NCBI GenBank assembly: GCA_033551855.1
Contig: JAWSUI010000001.1
Span: 1-64,000 of the forward strand
DNA length: 64,000 nucleotides
Origin: Deferrisomatales bacterium
Lineage (GTDB): Bacteria > Desulfobacterota > Deferrisomatia > Deferrisomatales > JACRMM01
Reading direction: 5' to 3'
The position numbers and the translations under genes are program-made. The notes below the pieces were generated by a model. The model did not search any database. It saw nothing but the letters and a program-made list of their open reading frames with translations, and had not been told where the DNA came from. How positions within the stretch are numbered: the stretch's first letter is position 1; each line of letters opens with the position of its first letter. Of the stretch, positions 1 through 9,390 are shown in pieces.

Positions 1-2234
1 GAGCACGGTGAGGAGCTCGCTGGCCGTCCCCTCGCCCCCCCCCCGGTGAGGGAGGAGACGTCGGCGGCCCCGACCCGCGCGCAGGCCTCCCCCTCCGACA
101 ACCCGAGCTTGCCCACGAGGTCGGACAGGTAGCGCAACTGCCTGGCGGTCGGCTGGCGGCTCTCCCCCTGCCGCTCCCGCAGCGCATCGATGAGCTCGGA
201 GGCCTGCGCGGCGTACCGAAGCTCCTCCCAGCCCTCGAGGCCCCCGAGCGCCGCGGCCTCCTCGCGGCTCGCCCCAGTCTCTGCCAGCAGCCGCTCGATC
301 TCGGCCCGTTGCCTCTCCGAAGGGGCCGGGAGGACCCCCGCAGCCCGCAACCGTTCGATCCGGTCGTTGGTCTCTGCCCAGCTCAGGGACGACGCGTCTA
401 CCTCGTCCACGAGATCGAGGGGAGCGTTCGCGAGCAGGGCTTCCAGACGCGCGCGCTGCGCAGGGGTCTGCCCCCCGGCGCGGCGGGCTGCCTGGGCGCC
501 CTCGTGGGCCTGGCGCACGGCGTCGCGCAGGGTGAGCCAGACCGGAGGCGCCGGCTCGCTCCCCTCGGCGATCCCGTCGAGGCACTCTTCCAGGGCGGCG
601 GTGTACGCGACGTCGAACAGCGGCTCGCCGTCCGAGAGGGCGTAGAGGGGCGCCACGTCGAGCCACACCCGCCTGCCGTCCTCCGTCGGGACCAGCGCGC
701 CTCCCTCCTCCCGGACGTACTTCCGGTCGAGGAGCGTCTCCACGGTCGAGGCGTAGGTCGAGGGCCGGCCGATCCCCGAGTCCTTCATCGCCTTGACCAG
801 GGTGTGGGCGCGGTAGCGTGCCGGCGGCTGGGTCTCCCCCTCTCGGAGATGGGGGTTCGGGGGGTCGCCGCCCGGGAGGAGAGCCAGCCGCGACCCGACC
901 GCGATCTCGACCGGCTGCGAGCGCACGGGCTCCCGGTCGAGATCGGCGAACGCCAGCCGCCAACCGGGAGCCGCATACCACGAGGCCGACCCGGTCAGCG
1001 GGCGGTCGAGTCCGTCGGCGGCAGCGGTGACCTGGAGGCGGGACTGGCGCGCAGGGGCCATCAGGGACGCGAGCAGCTGGGCGCGGATCAAGGCATAGAG
1101 GCGCAGCGCGTCCTCGTCGATGCCTTCCCCCTCCGGTATCTCGACCGCGGCGCGGGTCGGGCGGATCGCCTCGTGGGCGTCCTGGATCCGCGCGGCGGTC
1201 TTCTTCCCGGCACTCGCCCCCGCCCCCAACTGCGCGGTCCCCCACAGGGCGGTGATGACGTCTCGTGCCTCGGCGACGGCCCCCTCCGAGAGGCGGGTGG
1301 AGTCGGTCCGCAGGTACGTGATGTGCCCGCCCTCGTAGAGCGTGCTCGCGAGCTTCATGGTCTTCTTCGGGGACCAGCCCCAGCTCCCGGCGGCCTGGAG
1401 GAGGGTGTCTGTGGTGAAGGCCGGCTTCGGGGGGATCACCCGTTCCCCGGGTTGGACCGAGGTCACGACGAGGGCTCCCGCTCTCTCGATCGCCCGGTGC
1501 GCCTGCTCGGCCAGGGACCGGTCGGACGTGCGGTCCCCCTGGAACTTGCCCTTCTCGTCGACCCAGCGCGCGGGGTCCGCCTTCTCGTGGAAGCGCACCC
1601 GGAGCTCCAGGTCGGGGACCCGCGCCGTGACCTCGAAGTAGCGCACCGGGACGTGGGCCTCCCGCTCGAGCTCCCGGTCCACGACGAACCCGAGCGCCGG
1701 CGTCTGGACCCGCCCCATCGAGGCCTTGCTCGCCGTCACGAACCCCCGGGCCAACTTGGAAGTGCGGTACCCGATGAGCCGGTCGAGGAACCGGCGCACC
1801 CGGGCGCTGTCCACGAGGGGCATGTCGATCTCGCGGGGGCGGGCCAGCGCCTCGGTCACCGCCTCCCGGGTGACCTCCTGGAAGGTGACCCGGGGGGTGG
1901 CCCCGTGCGATGCCAGGAGCTCGGAGAGCCGCCAGGCGATGAACTCCCCTTCCCGGTCCGGGTCCGTGGCGAGGTGGAAGACGGCCCGTGCGCCCCCGGC
2001 CGCCTCGAGGATCGCCCGGACCGCCTTCTCCCCGTTGTCCGTCCAGGCCCACGGCGGCGAGGGCAGCGCGTCCTGCGTCGACGCCCAGTAGGCCTTCTTG
2101 CCCTCCCTGGGGTCCTCCCTCCGGGTGGGGAGCTCCTGGACGTGCCCGCCGGTGGCGAGGACCACCCAGGGCTTCCCTAGGTACTTCTGGATGGTCTTCG
2201 CTTTCGCCCGGGACTCCACGATCAGCACGTTCAT
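1..2234 (-). CDS. topA: Type IA DNA topoisomerase (3' end runs off the window)
   Basis: Absent from the ORF track because no stop lies in the window. Manual translation from ATG 2234: MNVLIVESRAKAKTIQKYLG...LATGGHV (TOPRIM), ATDPDREGEFIAW, GRVQTPAL, GHITYLRTDS (catalytic Tyr), AQDAHEAIRPT, GIGRPSTYA. Confidence 0.93.
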   Translation of the reverse strand, partial: MNVLIVESRAKAKTIQKYLGKPWVVLATGGHVQELPTRREDPREGKKAYWASTQDALPSPPWAWTDNGEKAVRAILEAAGGARAVFHLATDPDREGEFIAWRLSELLASHGATPRVTFQEVTREAVTEALARPREIDMPLVDSARVRRFLDRLIGYRTSKLARGFVTASKASMGRVQTPALGFVVDRELEREAHVPVRYFEVTARVPDLELRVRFHEKADPARWVDEKGKFQGDRTSDRSLAEQAHRAIERAGALVVTSVQPGERVIPPKPAFTTDTLLQAAGSWGWSPKKTMKLASTLYEGGHITYLRTDSTRLSEGAVAEARDVITALWGTAQLGAGASAGKKTAARIQDAHEAIRPTRAAVEIPEGEGIDEDALRLYALIRAQLLASLMAPARQSRLQVTAAADGLDRPLTGSASWYAAPGWRLAFADLDREPVRSQPVEIAVGSRLALLPGGDPPNPHLREGETQPPARYRAHTLVKAMKDSGIGRPSTYASTVETLLDRKYVREEGGALVPTEDGRRVWLDVAPLYALSDGEPLFDVAYTAALEECLDGIAEGSEPAPPVWLTLRDAVRQAHEGAQAARRAGGQTPAQRARLEALLANAPLDLVDEVDASSLSWAETNDRIERLRAAGVLPAPSERQRAEIERLLAETGASREEAAALGGLEGWEELRYAAQASELIDALRERQGESRQPTARQLRYLSDLVGKLGLSEGEACARVGAADVSSLTGGGARGRPASSSPC

Positions 2235-2237
2235 GGG

Positions 2238-4616
2238 TCATTCTCCCGGCAAGGCGGCCGCGAGCGCGGCGGCCCAGGCCTCCAGGGGCTGCCCGTCCAC
2301 GGTGAGGGGGCCGCGACGGTGCGCCGCCTCCAGCCAGCGCCGGCTCTTGGCCACCAGGGGCTCCCAGGTCTGGCGCTCGCCGGCGAACCGCGCCTCGAGC
2401 ACCGCGAGCGCCACCGCCGTGGCCACCAGCGCGCGCGCCGCCTCGCGGTCCCCCGGCCCCAGGGCGTCCGCCGCCCGGGAGAGCTCCGTGAGGGAGACCC
2501 CCAGCCGTTTCGCCAGGCCGTCCTCCAGCCAGAAGCCCCCCGCGGGCCGCTGGGCGGCGAGCAGGTCGAAGAGGAGGTCGTCCGGCGAAGTCCGAGCGCC
2601 GGAGACCGCCCGCTTCCCCGGACGACCAAGGAGCGAACTGGAACTCGGGAGAATCCCGTTGGTGACCGAAAGTGGCTCGCGGGCGTCACAAAGCCCCAGT
2701 GAAGGCACGTCCGCCACGAGCCGGCAGGTCTCCATCGCCATCGCGTTCTCCATGCCGTGCCACCCGTGAGTGACGGGCACGGGCACGCGCCGCAGCACGG
2801 CCTCGCCGGTGGTGCGGTCGGTCTCCTCGCGCTCCTCGACCACCACGAAGCTCGTCTCCCGGCAGACGACCCCGTAGCGCCGGGAGAGCTCGAGGAGCCG
2901 GCCCCGGAGCGCGTCGGCGCGCCGCTCGGCCTGGCGCGAGCCGCCGGAGCCCCCCTCCTCCAGGTCCCGGATGGCCTCGCGTGCCCAGAGCTGGGGCACC
3001 GCCGCCCGGGCCCCGTCCCAGGGCTGCACGGGCACGACCCACTCCCGTCGCTCCCCCCCGAGGGTCCCCGAGACGGTCACCTGCGCCGGGAGGGGCCCTG
3101 CCCCCGCGGGAAGCCGCCCGAAGAGGCTCACCGCCTGCCCGGGGAAGGCGCAGGCCTCCCGGGGCGCCGGGTCGAGGCCGGGGTGCTCGATGCGAAGCCC
3201 CGTGACGCCCTGGGCCAGGACCTTCCCGAAGAGCCCCAGGACCGCGGGCTCGATGCGCTCCCCGGGGGCGACGAGCACGGAAGCCCCCCCGGAGGCGCGC
3301 GCCGTCTGGCGCACGAGGTAGTCGTTGGGCCCGTGGCCGATCCCCACGGCAAACACCCGCACCCGCCCCGGCGCCGAGCGGGCGAGCGCGACGACCTCGG
3401 CCTCGTTGCCCACCTCGCCGTCGGTGAGGAGGAGCACGCTCCGGGGCCCCGGGCGCCCGGCCGGGGACTGGTAGATCGCCCGAAGCGGCGCGAGGATCTC
3501 CGTGCCGCCGAGGTCGGCGTCCACCCGGGCGAGGCGCGCGAGCGCCCGGCCCACGTGGGCGGGGTCCGCGGGGCGCTCGGCGGGCCAGAAGCTCTTGAAG
3601 GTGCTCCCGAAGCGGACGAGGTTGAAGGAGGCCTCGGGCGGGAGGGCCCGCAGGAGGATCTCCAGGGCCCGCTTGGCCTGGGCAATGGAGGAGCCGCCCA
3701 TGGACCCCGAGCAGTCGAGGAGGAAGACGACCTCCCCGGCCGGCGCGGCGGCGGGGCCCTTCCCGAGGTCGGGGGGCAGGGCGAAGTCCACCTGGACGAA
3801 CCCCTCCGCCTCCCCCGTCCCTTCCGCCGTCCCGTCACCCGCTTCGTCCCCCCTTCCGTCCCCCTTCTCGACGGGACCGGCGGTGCCCGCCCAGGCGCGG
3901 TGGCCCGCCGCCTCGCGGGGCCGGACCAGGAGCACGAAGTCCCGGTCCATCCGGGTCGAGTCCGCCGAGAGCTCGACCTCCACGGGGTCTTCGCCGAGCG
4001 CGCAGCGCACCGGGTGGGTCGGGGACTCCACCGCGGCCACGGCGTCTCGCCCGTGCACCCGCACCCGCAGGCGAAGCCCGTAGGGGACCTCGCCGGCGTA
4101 TGGGGGGTGGAGTCGGTCGGCGGCCGGGACGCCCCCCTCGTCCGGGGCGTCGGCAGGGACGTAGCGCGGGGAGATGGTGGTGGGGAACCGGAAGCGCACC
4201 GCGCCGTCGACCTCCTCCAGGGCCTCCACGTAGGTGAGGGTGAGCTCGGCCCGGGCGCCGGGGTTCAGGTTCCCGACGGAGAGCGTGAAGATGTTGGGGC
4301 GCTCCTCGTCCAGGAGATAGGCGCCGTGGCCCTTCTCCAGAGCCTCGTCGTAGCGGGCAAAGGCGCGGTCTCGCTCGTCCACCTCCCCCTCGAAGACCCG
4401 CTCCCCCACCCGGGCCCGAAAGCCCGTCAGCGCCGCCCCCTCGGGGAGCGGAAAACGGTAGACCGCCTCCACGGGCTGCTCCTCGCGGTTCTCGAAGCTC
4501 TGGGTGACCTCCACCCGGGCGCTCCGGCCCACGAGGTCCGCCTCCACGGCGACGCCCAAGAGGGGAATCTGCGCCTCCACCCGGCTGTTGAACAGACCTG
4601 CCGCCTCTGCGCTCAT
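2238..4616 (-). CDS. VIT (vault inter-alpha-trypsin) + vWA domain protein
   Basis: N-terminal VIT (QSFEN..EAVYRFPLPEGAA..GF; LLDEERPNIFTLSVGNL); vWA MIDAS DCSGSM, GGTEI, LLTDG. Confidence 0.88.
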   Translation of the reverse strand: MSAEAAGLFNSRVEAQIPLLGVAVEADLVGRSARVEVTQSFENREEQPVEAVYRFPLPEGAALTGFRARVGERVFEGEVDERDRAFARYDEALEKGHGAYLLDEERPNIFTLSVGNLNPGARAELTLTYVEALEEVDGAVRFRFPTTISPRYVPADAPDEGGVPAADRLHPPYAGEVPYGLRLRVRVHGRDAVAAVESPTHPVRCALGEDPVEVELSADSTRMDRDFVLLVRPREAAGHRAWAGTAGPVEKGDGRGDEAGDGTAEGTGEAEGFVQVDFALPPDLGKGPAAAPAGEVVFLLDCSGSMGGSSIAQAKRALEILLRALPPEASFNLVRFGSTFKSFWPAERPADPAHVGRALARLARVDADLGGTEILAPLRAIYQSPAGRPGPRSVLLLTDGEVGNEAEVVALARSAPGRVRVFAVGIGHGPNDYLVRQTARASGGASVLVAPGERIEPAVLGLFGKVLAQGVTGLRIEHPGLDPAPREACAFPGQAVSLFGRLPAGAGPLPAQVTVSGTLGGERREWVVPVQPWDGARAAVPQLWAREAIRDLEEGGSGGSRQAERRADALRGRLLELSRRYGVVCRETSFVVVEEREETDRTTGEAVLRRVPVPVTHGWHGMENAMAMETCRLVADVPSLGLCDAREPLSVTNGILPSSSSLLGRPGKRAVSGARTSPDDLLFDLLAAQRPAGGFWLEDGLAKRLGVSLTELSRAADALGPGDREAARALVATAVALAVLEARFAGERQTWEPLVAKSRRWLEAAHRRGPLTVDGQPLEAWAAALAAALPGE

Positions 4617-5077
4617 CGCGAACCTCCCTGTGCAGTGAGGGCGCGCGCCAGGCGAAGGATCTCGCGCACCGCGGCCCCCAGGTCCTCCTCGACGTCCCGG
4701 CGTACGTGGAGCTCGAGGCCGGGGACCACCGTCACCCGCGCCCAGGCCTCCCGGGAGCCGGCCTCGGGCCCCTGCCCCAACGGCGGGGCACCCGGGGCCT
4801 CGGGTGGCCGGGGTGCCGTCTGGCCCTCCACGACTCGCGGATCTTCCCGAGCTTCCTGGCCGGCCAGGTGCTCCCGGATGGTCGCGAGCCGCAGCCCCCG
4901 GTCCTGGAGCTCCCGAATCCGGCGCAGCCGCTCCACGTGACTGTCATAATAAAACCCCCCGCGGCCGCGCCCGGCCGGCGGGTCCAGGAGGCCCTCCTGG
5001 ACGTAATAGCGGATGTTCCGGCGGCTCACGCCGGTGATCTCCACGAGCTCGTCGATGGTGTAGCGGGGCTCGGCCAT
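4613..5077 (-). CDS. MerR-family HTH transcriptional regulator
   Basis: YTIDEL...VSRRNIRYYVQEGLL..P.GRG..YY...HVERLRRIRELQ..GL.L..I; its stop overlaps the VIT start (ATGA). Confidence 0.85.
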   Translation of the reverse strand: MAEPRYTIDELVEITGVSRRNIRYYVQEGLLDPPAGRGRGGFYYDSHVERLRRIRELQDRGLRLATIREHLAGQEAREDPRVVEGQTAPRPPEAPGAPPLGQGPEAGSREAWARVTVVPGLELHVRRDVEEDLGAAVREILRLARALTAQGGSR

Positions 5078-5084
5078 GGGACGC

Positions 5085-5112
5085 ATTCTATCAGTTGACT
5101 GTCGTTTTGCAA
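5085..5112 (-). promoter_or_regulatory. sigma70-type promoter of merR, probably giving a leaderless mRNA
   Basis: TTGCAA-N16-TAGAAT followed by 7 nt and then the ATG at 5077; no SD sequence; a CAGT-NN-ACTG dyad lies in the spacer. Confidence 0.55.
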
Positions 5113-5648
5113 GGGGCAAACCGCAGCCCGCCACGGATTGCCACCGGGGTGCCCCGAAAGGGCGTCCCTGCGGGGCGATTCGAAGAGCACGGCGCCCGAG
5201 GTTTGCCCCCAGATGAGAAGTGACGGCTGACAGATTGTGTCGGTCCACGGGGGAGGGACGAGGAGCGGGACCCTCCCGCTGACATCTCAGCCCGTACGGC
5301 GCTGTCCGTCAGCGCACCGACGGACTGCACGCCGGCGGGGATCTCCCGGCGGATCCGCAGGATCCCCTGCACGCCACGGGGCTCCCCCTGGCAGCGGTCC
5401 GGCCGCGAGGCCCTCGGGCCGTCCCCTCCCGGGGCAAACGTTGCCGCAGGAATCCAGTCGGTATATCGGGTCCCCGTTCGCCGGAGCCCGGGCGAAACAC
5501 CGGAAACACGCGGATTTCGGCGTCTCGGCCGCAGAAACGGCGGACCCCGTGCCCCCCTTGGGTGCCTTGTGAAAACATACACTCGGCGCGCCCACCCTGC
5601 TCGAGGGGAGGCGGCCGGGGCCGGGCGAGGAAAAAACTTTCATCGTGA

Positions 5649-5716
5649 TATCATTGTGTTACAGGATTTCTCCTCCCGGCCTTGTCCTTTCCTTCACGGT
5701 TGGCACGCCTCCTGCT
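5649..5716 (+). promoter_or_regulatory. sigma54 (-24/-12) promoter with upstream IHF-like site
   Basis: TGGCACG-CCTC-CTGCT at 5701-5716 (GG-N10-GC); TATCATTGTGTTA at 5649-5661 resembles WATCAANNNNTTR. Confidence 0.7.
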
Positions 5717-5790
5717 CTCTACAGAGGGCGAGAGCGCACCACACAGCCCAACCGACACCGGACCCCGGTGCAGATCAGAAGGAGAACGCC

Positions 5791-6036
5791 ATGAAGACCA
5801 CGACCAGAGCCGCCGCCATCGCAACGATCGCCACCATCGCCAACGCCGCCACCGCCCTGGCCGCCACCGGCACCCGGGTCGATCACAGCGGGATCTTCGT
5901 GTGGGCGTTCCTCGGCTTCTGCGCCCTGATCGTCGCCGCCCAGGTGGTGCCCGCTATCCTGATGGCCGTGGGCGCGGTGAAGGGTGCCGCCGCAGGGATC
6001 CGCGAGCACCAGGCGACCCGCATCCCCGTGCGGTAA
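5791..6036 (+). CDS. Small membrane protein (81 aa), function unknown
   Basis: AGGAG SD; signal-like N-terminus followed by the hydrophobic SGIFVWAFLGFCALIVAAQVVPAILM; lies downstream of a sigma54 promoter. Confidence 0.7.
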   Translation: MKTTTRAAAIATIATIANAATALAATGTRVDHSGIFVWAFLGFCALIVAAQVVPAILMAVGAVKGAAAGIREHQATRIPVR

Positions 6037-6059
6037 TCCCAAGAACCGCCAGGAGGCCG

Positions 6060-6095
6060 ACGAGGGGCCCGGGTCGATCGACCCGGGCCCCTCGT
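6060..6095. terminator. Perfect 36-bp palindrome, probable terminator or stabilising hairpin
   Basis: ACGAGGGGCCCGGGTCGA|TCGACCCGGGCCCCTCGT, about 24 nt after the stop codon. Confidence 0.6.
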
Positions 6096-6134
6096 GCGTC
6101 ACCTTCCCCAAAACCCCGACCCGCAACAAAACAG

Positions 6135-6164
6135 GGTTCATCCGGCAAACGACCGGGTGGGTCC
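6135..6164. mobile_element. Solo terminal inverted repeat of the ISL3-like MITE
   Basis: GGTTCATCCGGCAAACGACCGGGTGGGTCC matches the MITE ends at 7879-8088, 56257-56441 and 61657-61865. Confidence 0.65.
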
Positions 6165-6175
6165 ACCAGCGCGGC

Positions 6176-6252
6176 GAGGGAGGAGACATCGGCGATCCCG
6201 TCGAGGCACTCCTCCAGGGAGGCCGTGTAGGCCACGTCGAAGAGCGGCCCGC
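6176..6252 (-). pseudogene. topA relic (internally deleted fragment)
   Basis: 6176-6194 matches 48-66 at 18/19; 6189-6252 matches 565-628 with 7 mismatches; reads GPLFDVAYTASLEECLDGIA-DVSSL. Confidence 0.75.
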
Positions 6253-6371
6253 TGCGGGCATTCCTCAGGTTTTCCGGAGCGGCCACAGGTCCCAAACCCC
6301 GCGTTGCCCGCGATTACCCCGCACCACCGAGTCCATTGTCCAGAACGCACGCAGAAATACCGCTTGACCCT

Positions 6372-6388
6372 CGGCACGCCCCGTGCTA
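6372..6388 (+). promoter_or_regulatory. Candidate sigma54 promoter for atoE
   Basis: CGGCACG-CCCC-GTGCTA (GG-N10-GC). Confidence 0.5.
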
Positions 6389-6505
6389 CCCACGTGCCGC
6401 CGGGGGGGGTTCGCGGTCGTGCCCAACCCCAGGGCCGCCCCAGCCCCGTCCGGACGGGGCCGGCGGACGATCCCTTCCTTTCCGGTGGAGTCGGAGGAAC
6501 GCACC

Positions 6506-7807
6506 ATGCAGAGCTTGACCCGCTTCTTCGTAGCCCTGGTCCAGAAGTACCTGCCCGACCCCTTCCTGTTCGCCGCGATCCTCACGTTCGTGGTCTACGT
6601 CGGGGGCCTCCTCCTGACCGACAACGGCCCCTACCAGATGGTCCAGCACTGGGGCAACGGGTTCTGGAACCTGCTGACCTTCTCCATGCAGATGGTGCTG
6701 GTGCTCGTCACCGGGCACGCCCTCGCAGAGAGCCCCCCGATCAAGAAGATCCTCCGGGCGATCGCCTCCCTCGTCACCTCGCCCGGCGGCGCCATCATGA
6801 TGACCTGCTTCGTCGCGGCGATCGCGAGCTGGATCAACTGGGGCTTCGGGCTGGTGGTGGGCGCCCTGCTGGGGCGCGAAATGGCCCGCAGGGTCAAGGG
6901 GCTCGACTACCGCCTCATCATCGCCTGCGCCTACATGGGGTTCCTCGTGTGGCACGCGGGCCTCGCCGGTTCCATCCCCCTCGCCCTCAACACGCCGACG
7001 GACTGGTCCTTCCAGATCACCAACGGCATTCCCGTCAGCCAGACGATCTTCGCGCCCTTCAACCTGATCACGGCCATCTTCCTGATCCTGACGCTGCCGA
7101 TCCTGGCCCGGCTGATGATGTCGAAGGACGCGGTCGAGGTGGACCCTGCCCTGCTCGCTGAGCCGGACACCGTCGTCCCGCCGGCGAAGACCCCCGCCGA
7201 GAAGATCGAGAACAGCCCGGTGGTCTCCGTCCTGCTGGCCGCGGGCGCCGCGGCCTTCCTGATCTTCCACTTCGGGAAGGGCGGCTCCCTGAACCTCAAC
7301 ATCGTCAATTTCCTCTTTCTCTTCTCCGGCATCCTCCTCCACGGCACCCCGCGGCGGTACATCACCGCCCTCTACTCGGCCGCGAAGGGCTCTGCGGGCA
7401 TCATCCTCCAGTTCCCCTTCTACGCCGGGATCATGGGGATGATGGTGTCCTCGGGCCTCGCCGTGATCATTTCCCAGTGGTTCGTGAACATCTCCACGCC
7501 CTTCACGTTCCCGTTCTTCGCCTTCCTCTCGGCCGGGGTCGTCAACGTGTTCGTCCCCTCGGGCGGCGGTCAGTGGGCCGTGCAGGGCCCCATCATCCTC
7601 CCGGCGAGCGCCGCCCTCGGGGTCGACACCGCCCGGGCTGCCATGGCCATCGCCTGGGGCGACGCCTGGACGAACATGATCCAACCGTTCTGGGCGCTGC
7701 CGGCCCTCGGCATCGCCGGCCTCAACGCCCGCGACATCATGGGGTACTGCCTGATGGCGCTGCTCTACTCGGGGATCATCATCACGATTGGGCTGCTCTT
7801 CCTGTAG
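6506..7807 (+). CDS. atoE: Short-chain fatty acid transporter
   Basis: KYLPDPFLFA, WGNGFWNLLTFSMQM, WHAGLAGSIPL, FVPSGGGQWAVQGP, WGDAWTNMIQPFWALP; GGAGG SD. Confidence 0.92.
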   Translation: MQSLTRFFVALVQKYLPDPFLFAAILTFVVYVGGLLLTDNGPYQMVQHWGNGFWNLLTFSMQMVLVLVTGHALAESPPIKKILRAIASLVTSPGGAIMMTCFVAAIASWINWGFGLVVGALLGREMARRVKGLDYRLIIACAYMGFLVWHAGLAGSIPLALNTPTDWSFQITNGIPVSQTIFAPFNLITAIFLILTLPILARLMMSKDAVEVDPALLAEPDTVVPPAKTPAEKIENSPVVSVLLAAGAAAFLIFHFGKGGSLNLNIVNFLFLFSGILLHGTPRRYITALYSAAKGSAGIILQFPFYAGIMGMMVSSGLAVIISQWFVNISTPFTFPFFAFLSAGVVNVFVPSGGGQWAVQGPIILPASAALGVDTARAAMAIAWGDAWTNMIQPFWALPALGIAGLNARDIMGYCLMALLYSGIIITIGLLFL

Positions 7808-7830
7808 CGGCCGGCCGTTCGCACGGCGGA

Positions 7831-7878
7831 GAACCCAAGGGAGGGGCGCGCCGCAAGGCGCGCCCCTCCCTTGGGTTC
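7831..7878 (+). terminator. Hairpin after atoE (22-bp stem, GCAA loop)
   Basis: GAACCCAAGGGAGGGGCGCGCC-GCAA-GGCGCGCCCCTCCCTTGGGTTC. Confidence 0.7.
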
Positions 7879-8088
7879 GGCTCATCAGGGGAGTGACCGG
7901 GTACTCGTCTCCAGGGACGATCGGGTGGGCCCGACCACGTAGGCGGACGGCCGCTCGACGGGAGCAGCTGCTTCGGGAGCCGAATTGTCGCGAGGATTCC
8001 GGATGCGACAGCGGGAGCGCTCCCACCGTGCAGCCCGGCATCCTCTGCCGGAGTGGGCGGGCCCACCCGGTCGTTTACCGGAGGAACC
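7879..8088 (+). mobile_element. MITE copy A (ISL3-like ends)
   Basis: Aligns end to end with 61657-61865; imperfect TIRs; flanks TTGGGTTC and TTCGTTTC match 6/8 (decayed TSD). Confidence 0.75.
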
Positions 8089-8219
8089 TTCGTTTCGGGG
8101 CTCCGGGCCCCCCGCGGTGGGCCGCTCTCCCTGAAACCCTTCGCCCCGAGCTTCATCCAAGGAGCCTCCGGACGCCCTCGCAGCTCCGGAAACCCCAAGG
8201 CGACCCGAAGGAGGAAGAG

Positions 8220-8814
8220 ATGGCTCGAAGGATCCCCGTCCGGCCCTACCGCTATTGGTTGGGCGGGCTCGTCCCCGCCGTGCTGGCGGCGGGCTTCGTG
8301 GTGCCGGTGGTGATGCTCGCGGCCCTGGGGACCGCGGCCCTCGGCGGCGGGCGCCGGTTCTGCGGCCGGTACTGCCCCCGGGGCTCGTTCCTCGAGGCGT
8401 GGCTGGGCCGCCTTCCGGGGGCCCCTTCGCTGGGCGGTCATGGTGGCTCTGCTGGCGTTCATGGTCTGGCGGCTGGCCGCGAACCCGGCCGACCCGGCTC
8501 ACTGGGGCCGGGTGTTCTGGGTGATGTGCCTGGCCACCACGGCCGTCGCCCTGGCGCTCGCCGCCGTGTACCGGCCCCGGGCGTGGTGCGTGGTGTGCCC
8601 GGTGGGGTCGATGTCGACCCTGCTGCGCTGGCCCCGTCACCGCATCGACGTGCCCGAAGGGTGCCGTGGCTGCAAGCTCTGCGACAAGGCCTGCTCCGTC
8701 GGTCTCGCCCCCTCCCGGGGCATCCGGGGCACCGCGGCGGCCGACTGCCTCCAGTGCGCCGCATGCACCGAGGCCTGCCCCCTCCTTCCCGAAGGCGGTC
8801 GACTGGCAGCCTGA
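8220..8814 (+). pseudogene. Frameshifted membrane polyferredoxin (NapH/MauN-like 4Fe-4S binding protein)
   Basis: Frame 1 from ATG 8220 gives RRFCGRYCPRGSFLE. It shifts +1 near the G5C4 run (about 8417-8425) into LRWAVM...RAWCVVCPVGSM...CRGCKLCDKAC...DCLQCAACTEACP. Confidence 0.7.
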
Positions 8815-9228
8815 AACGGAGCCGTGGGCGGCCGGGGCGTGACGTGCCCGGCGGCCCCGCGGTGGTTAGGTTGAGGGTGACTGGGGGAGCGGGGAGGGCG
8901 CTCTCCGGCGGGTTCTTTGACCAGGTCGCCCCACAGCATCGTCCCGTTGCGCGCGCGGGCCTGGGATGGCCGCAGGGCACAGACCACGACGCGTAGGGAG
9001 TCCTTCCCGGCGGGAGAAGGCAGGCCCGCGAGGCCTACCGGGCGCCGCCACAGGAACCCATCTTGACGCCTGACGACCCCGGCTGGAAGGCTCGCGGCGC
9101 AGCGGGCTTGGCGATCGGCCCTTCGGGGCCGTCGTTGCGTATGCTCCCCGACGCCCACTCGCGGCCCCCCGCGGCCACGGGCCGGGGATGCCCGCGGGCC
9201 GGTGCACGGGGCAGACCTCGGGGGTGAC

Positions 9229-9390
9229 TCAGCGGGAGCTTCGGCGGTCGCGCAGCCAGGCCGCGATGTCGGCCTGGAGCTTACGCTCCATGGCCGCCGG
9301 CTGGGGCTCCTGGCTCTCGCGGCGGCGGATGACGGCAGGGCGGGGGGTAGGGGTCTGGGGGGTTCTCAGGTGGAACTCTCGTTTCTGCAT
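9229..9390 (-). CDS. Small hypothetical protein (53 aa)
   Basis: MQKREFHLRTP...MERKLQADIAAWLRDRRSSR with an AAGGAG about 15 nt upstream; no recognisable motif. Confidence 0.3.
   Translation of the reverse strand: MQKREFHLRTPQTPTPRPAVIRRRESQEPQPAAMERKLQADIAAWLRDRRSSR

Noticed and set aside
309..2180. Long + strand ORF (623 aa) and similar long shadow ORFs (e.g. 19582-22533, 28523-33232, 47942-51085)
   Set aside because: Antisense or alternative frames of well-supported genes; expected at high GC; no motifs.
5113..5185. c-di-GMP-I riboswitch-like GGCAAACC...GAAA...stem
   Set aside because: It lacks the GACGCAAAGC/P3 half and sits about 600 nt from the next + strand gene, upstream of that gene's promoter.
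8815..9228. Possible gene remnant on the minus strand
   Set aside because: No recognisable motif or consistent codon bias in any frame.
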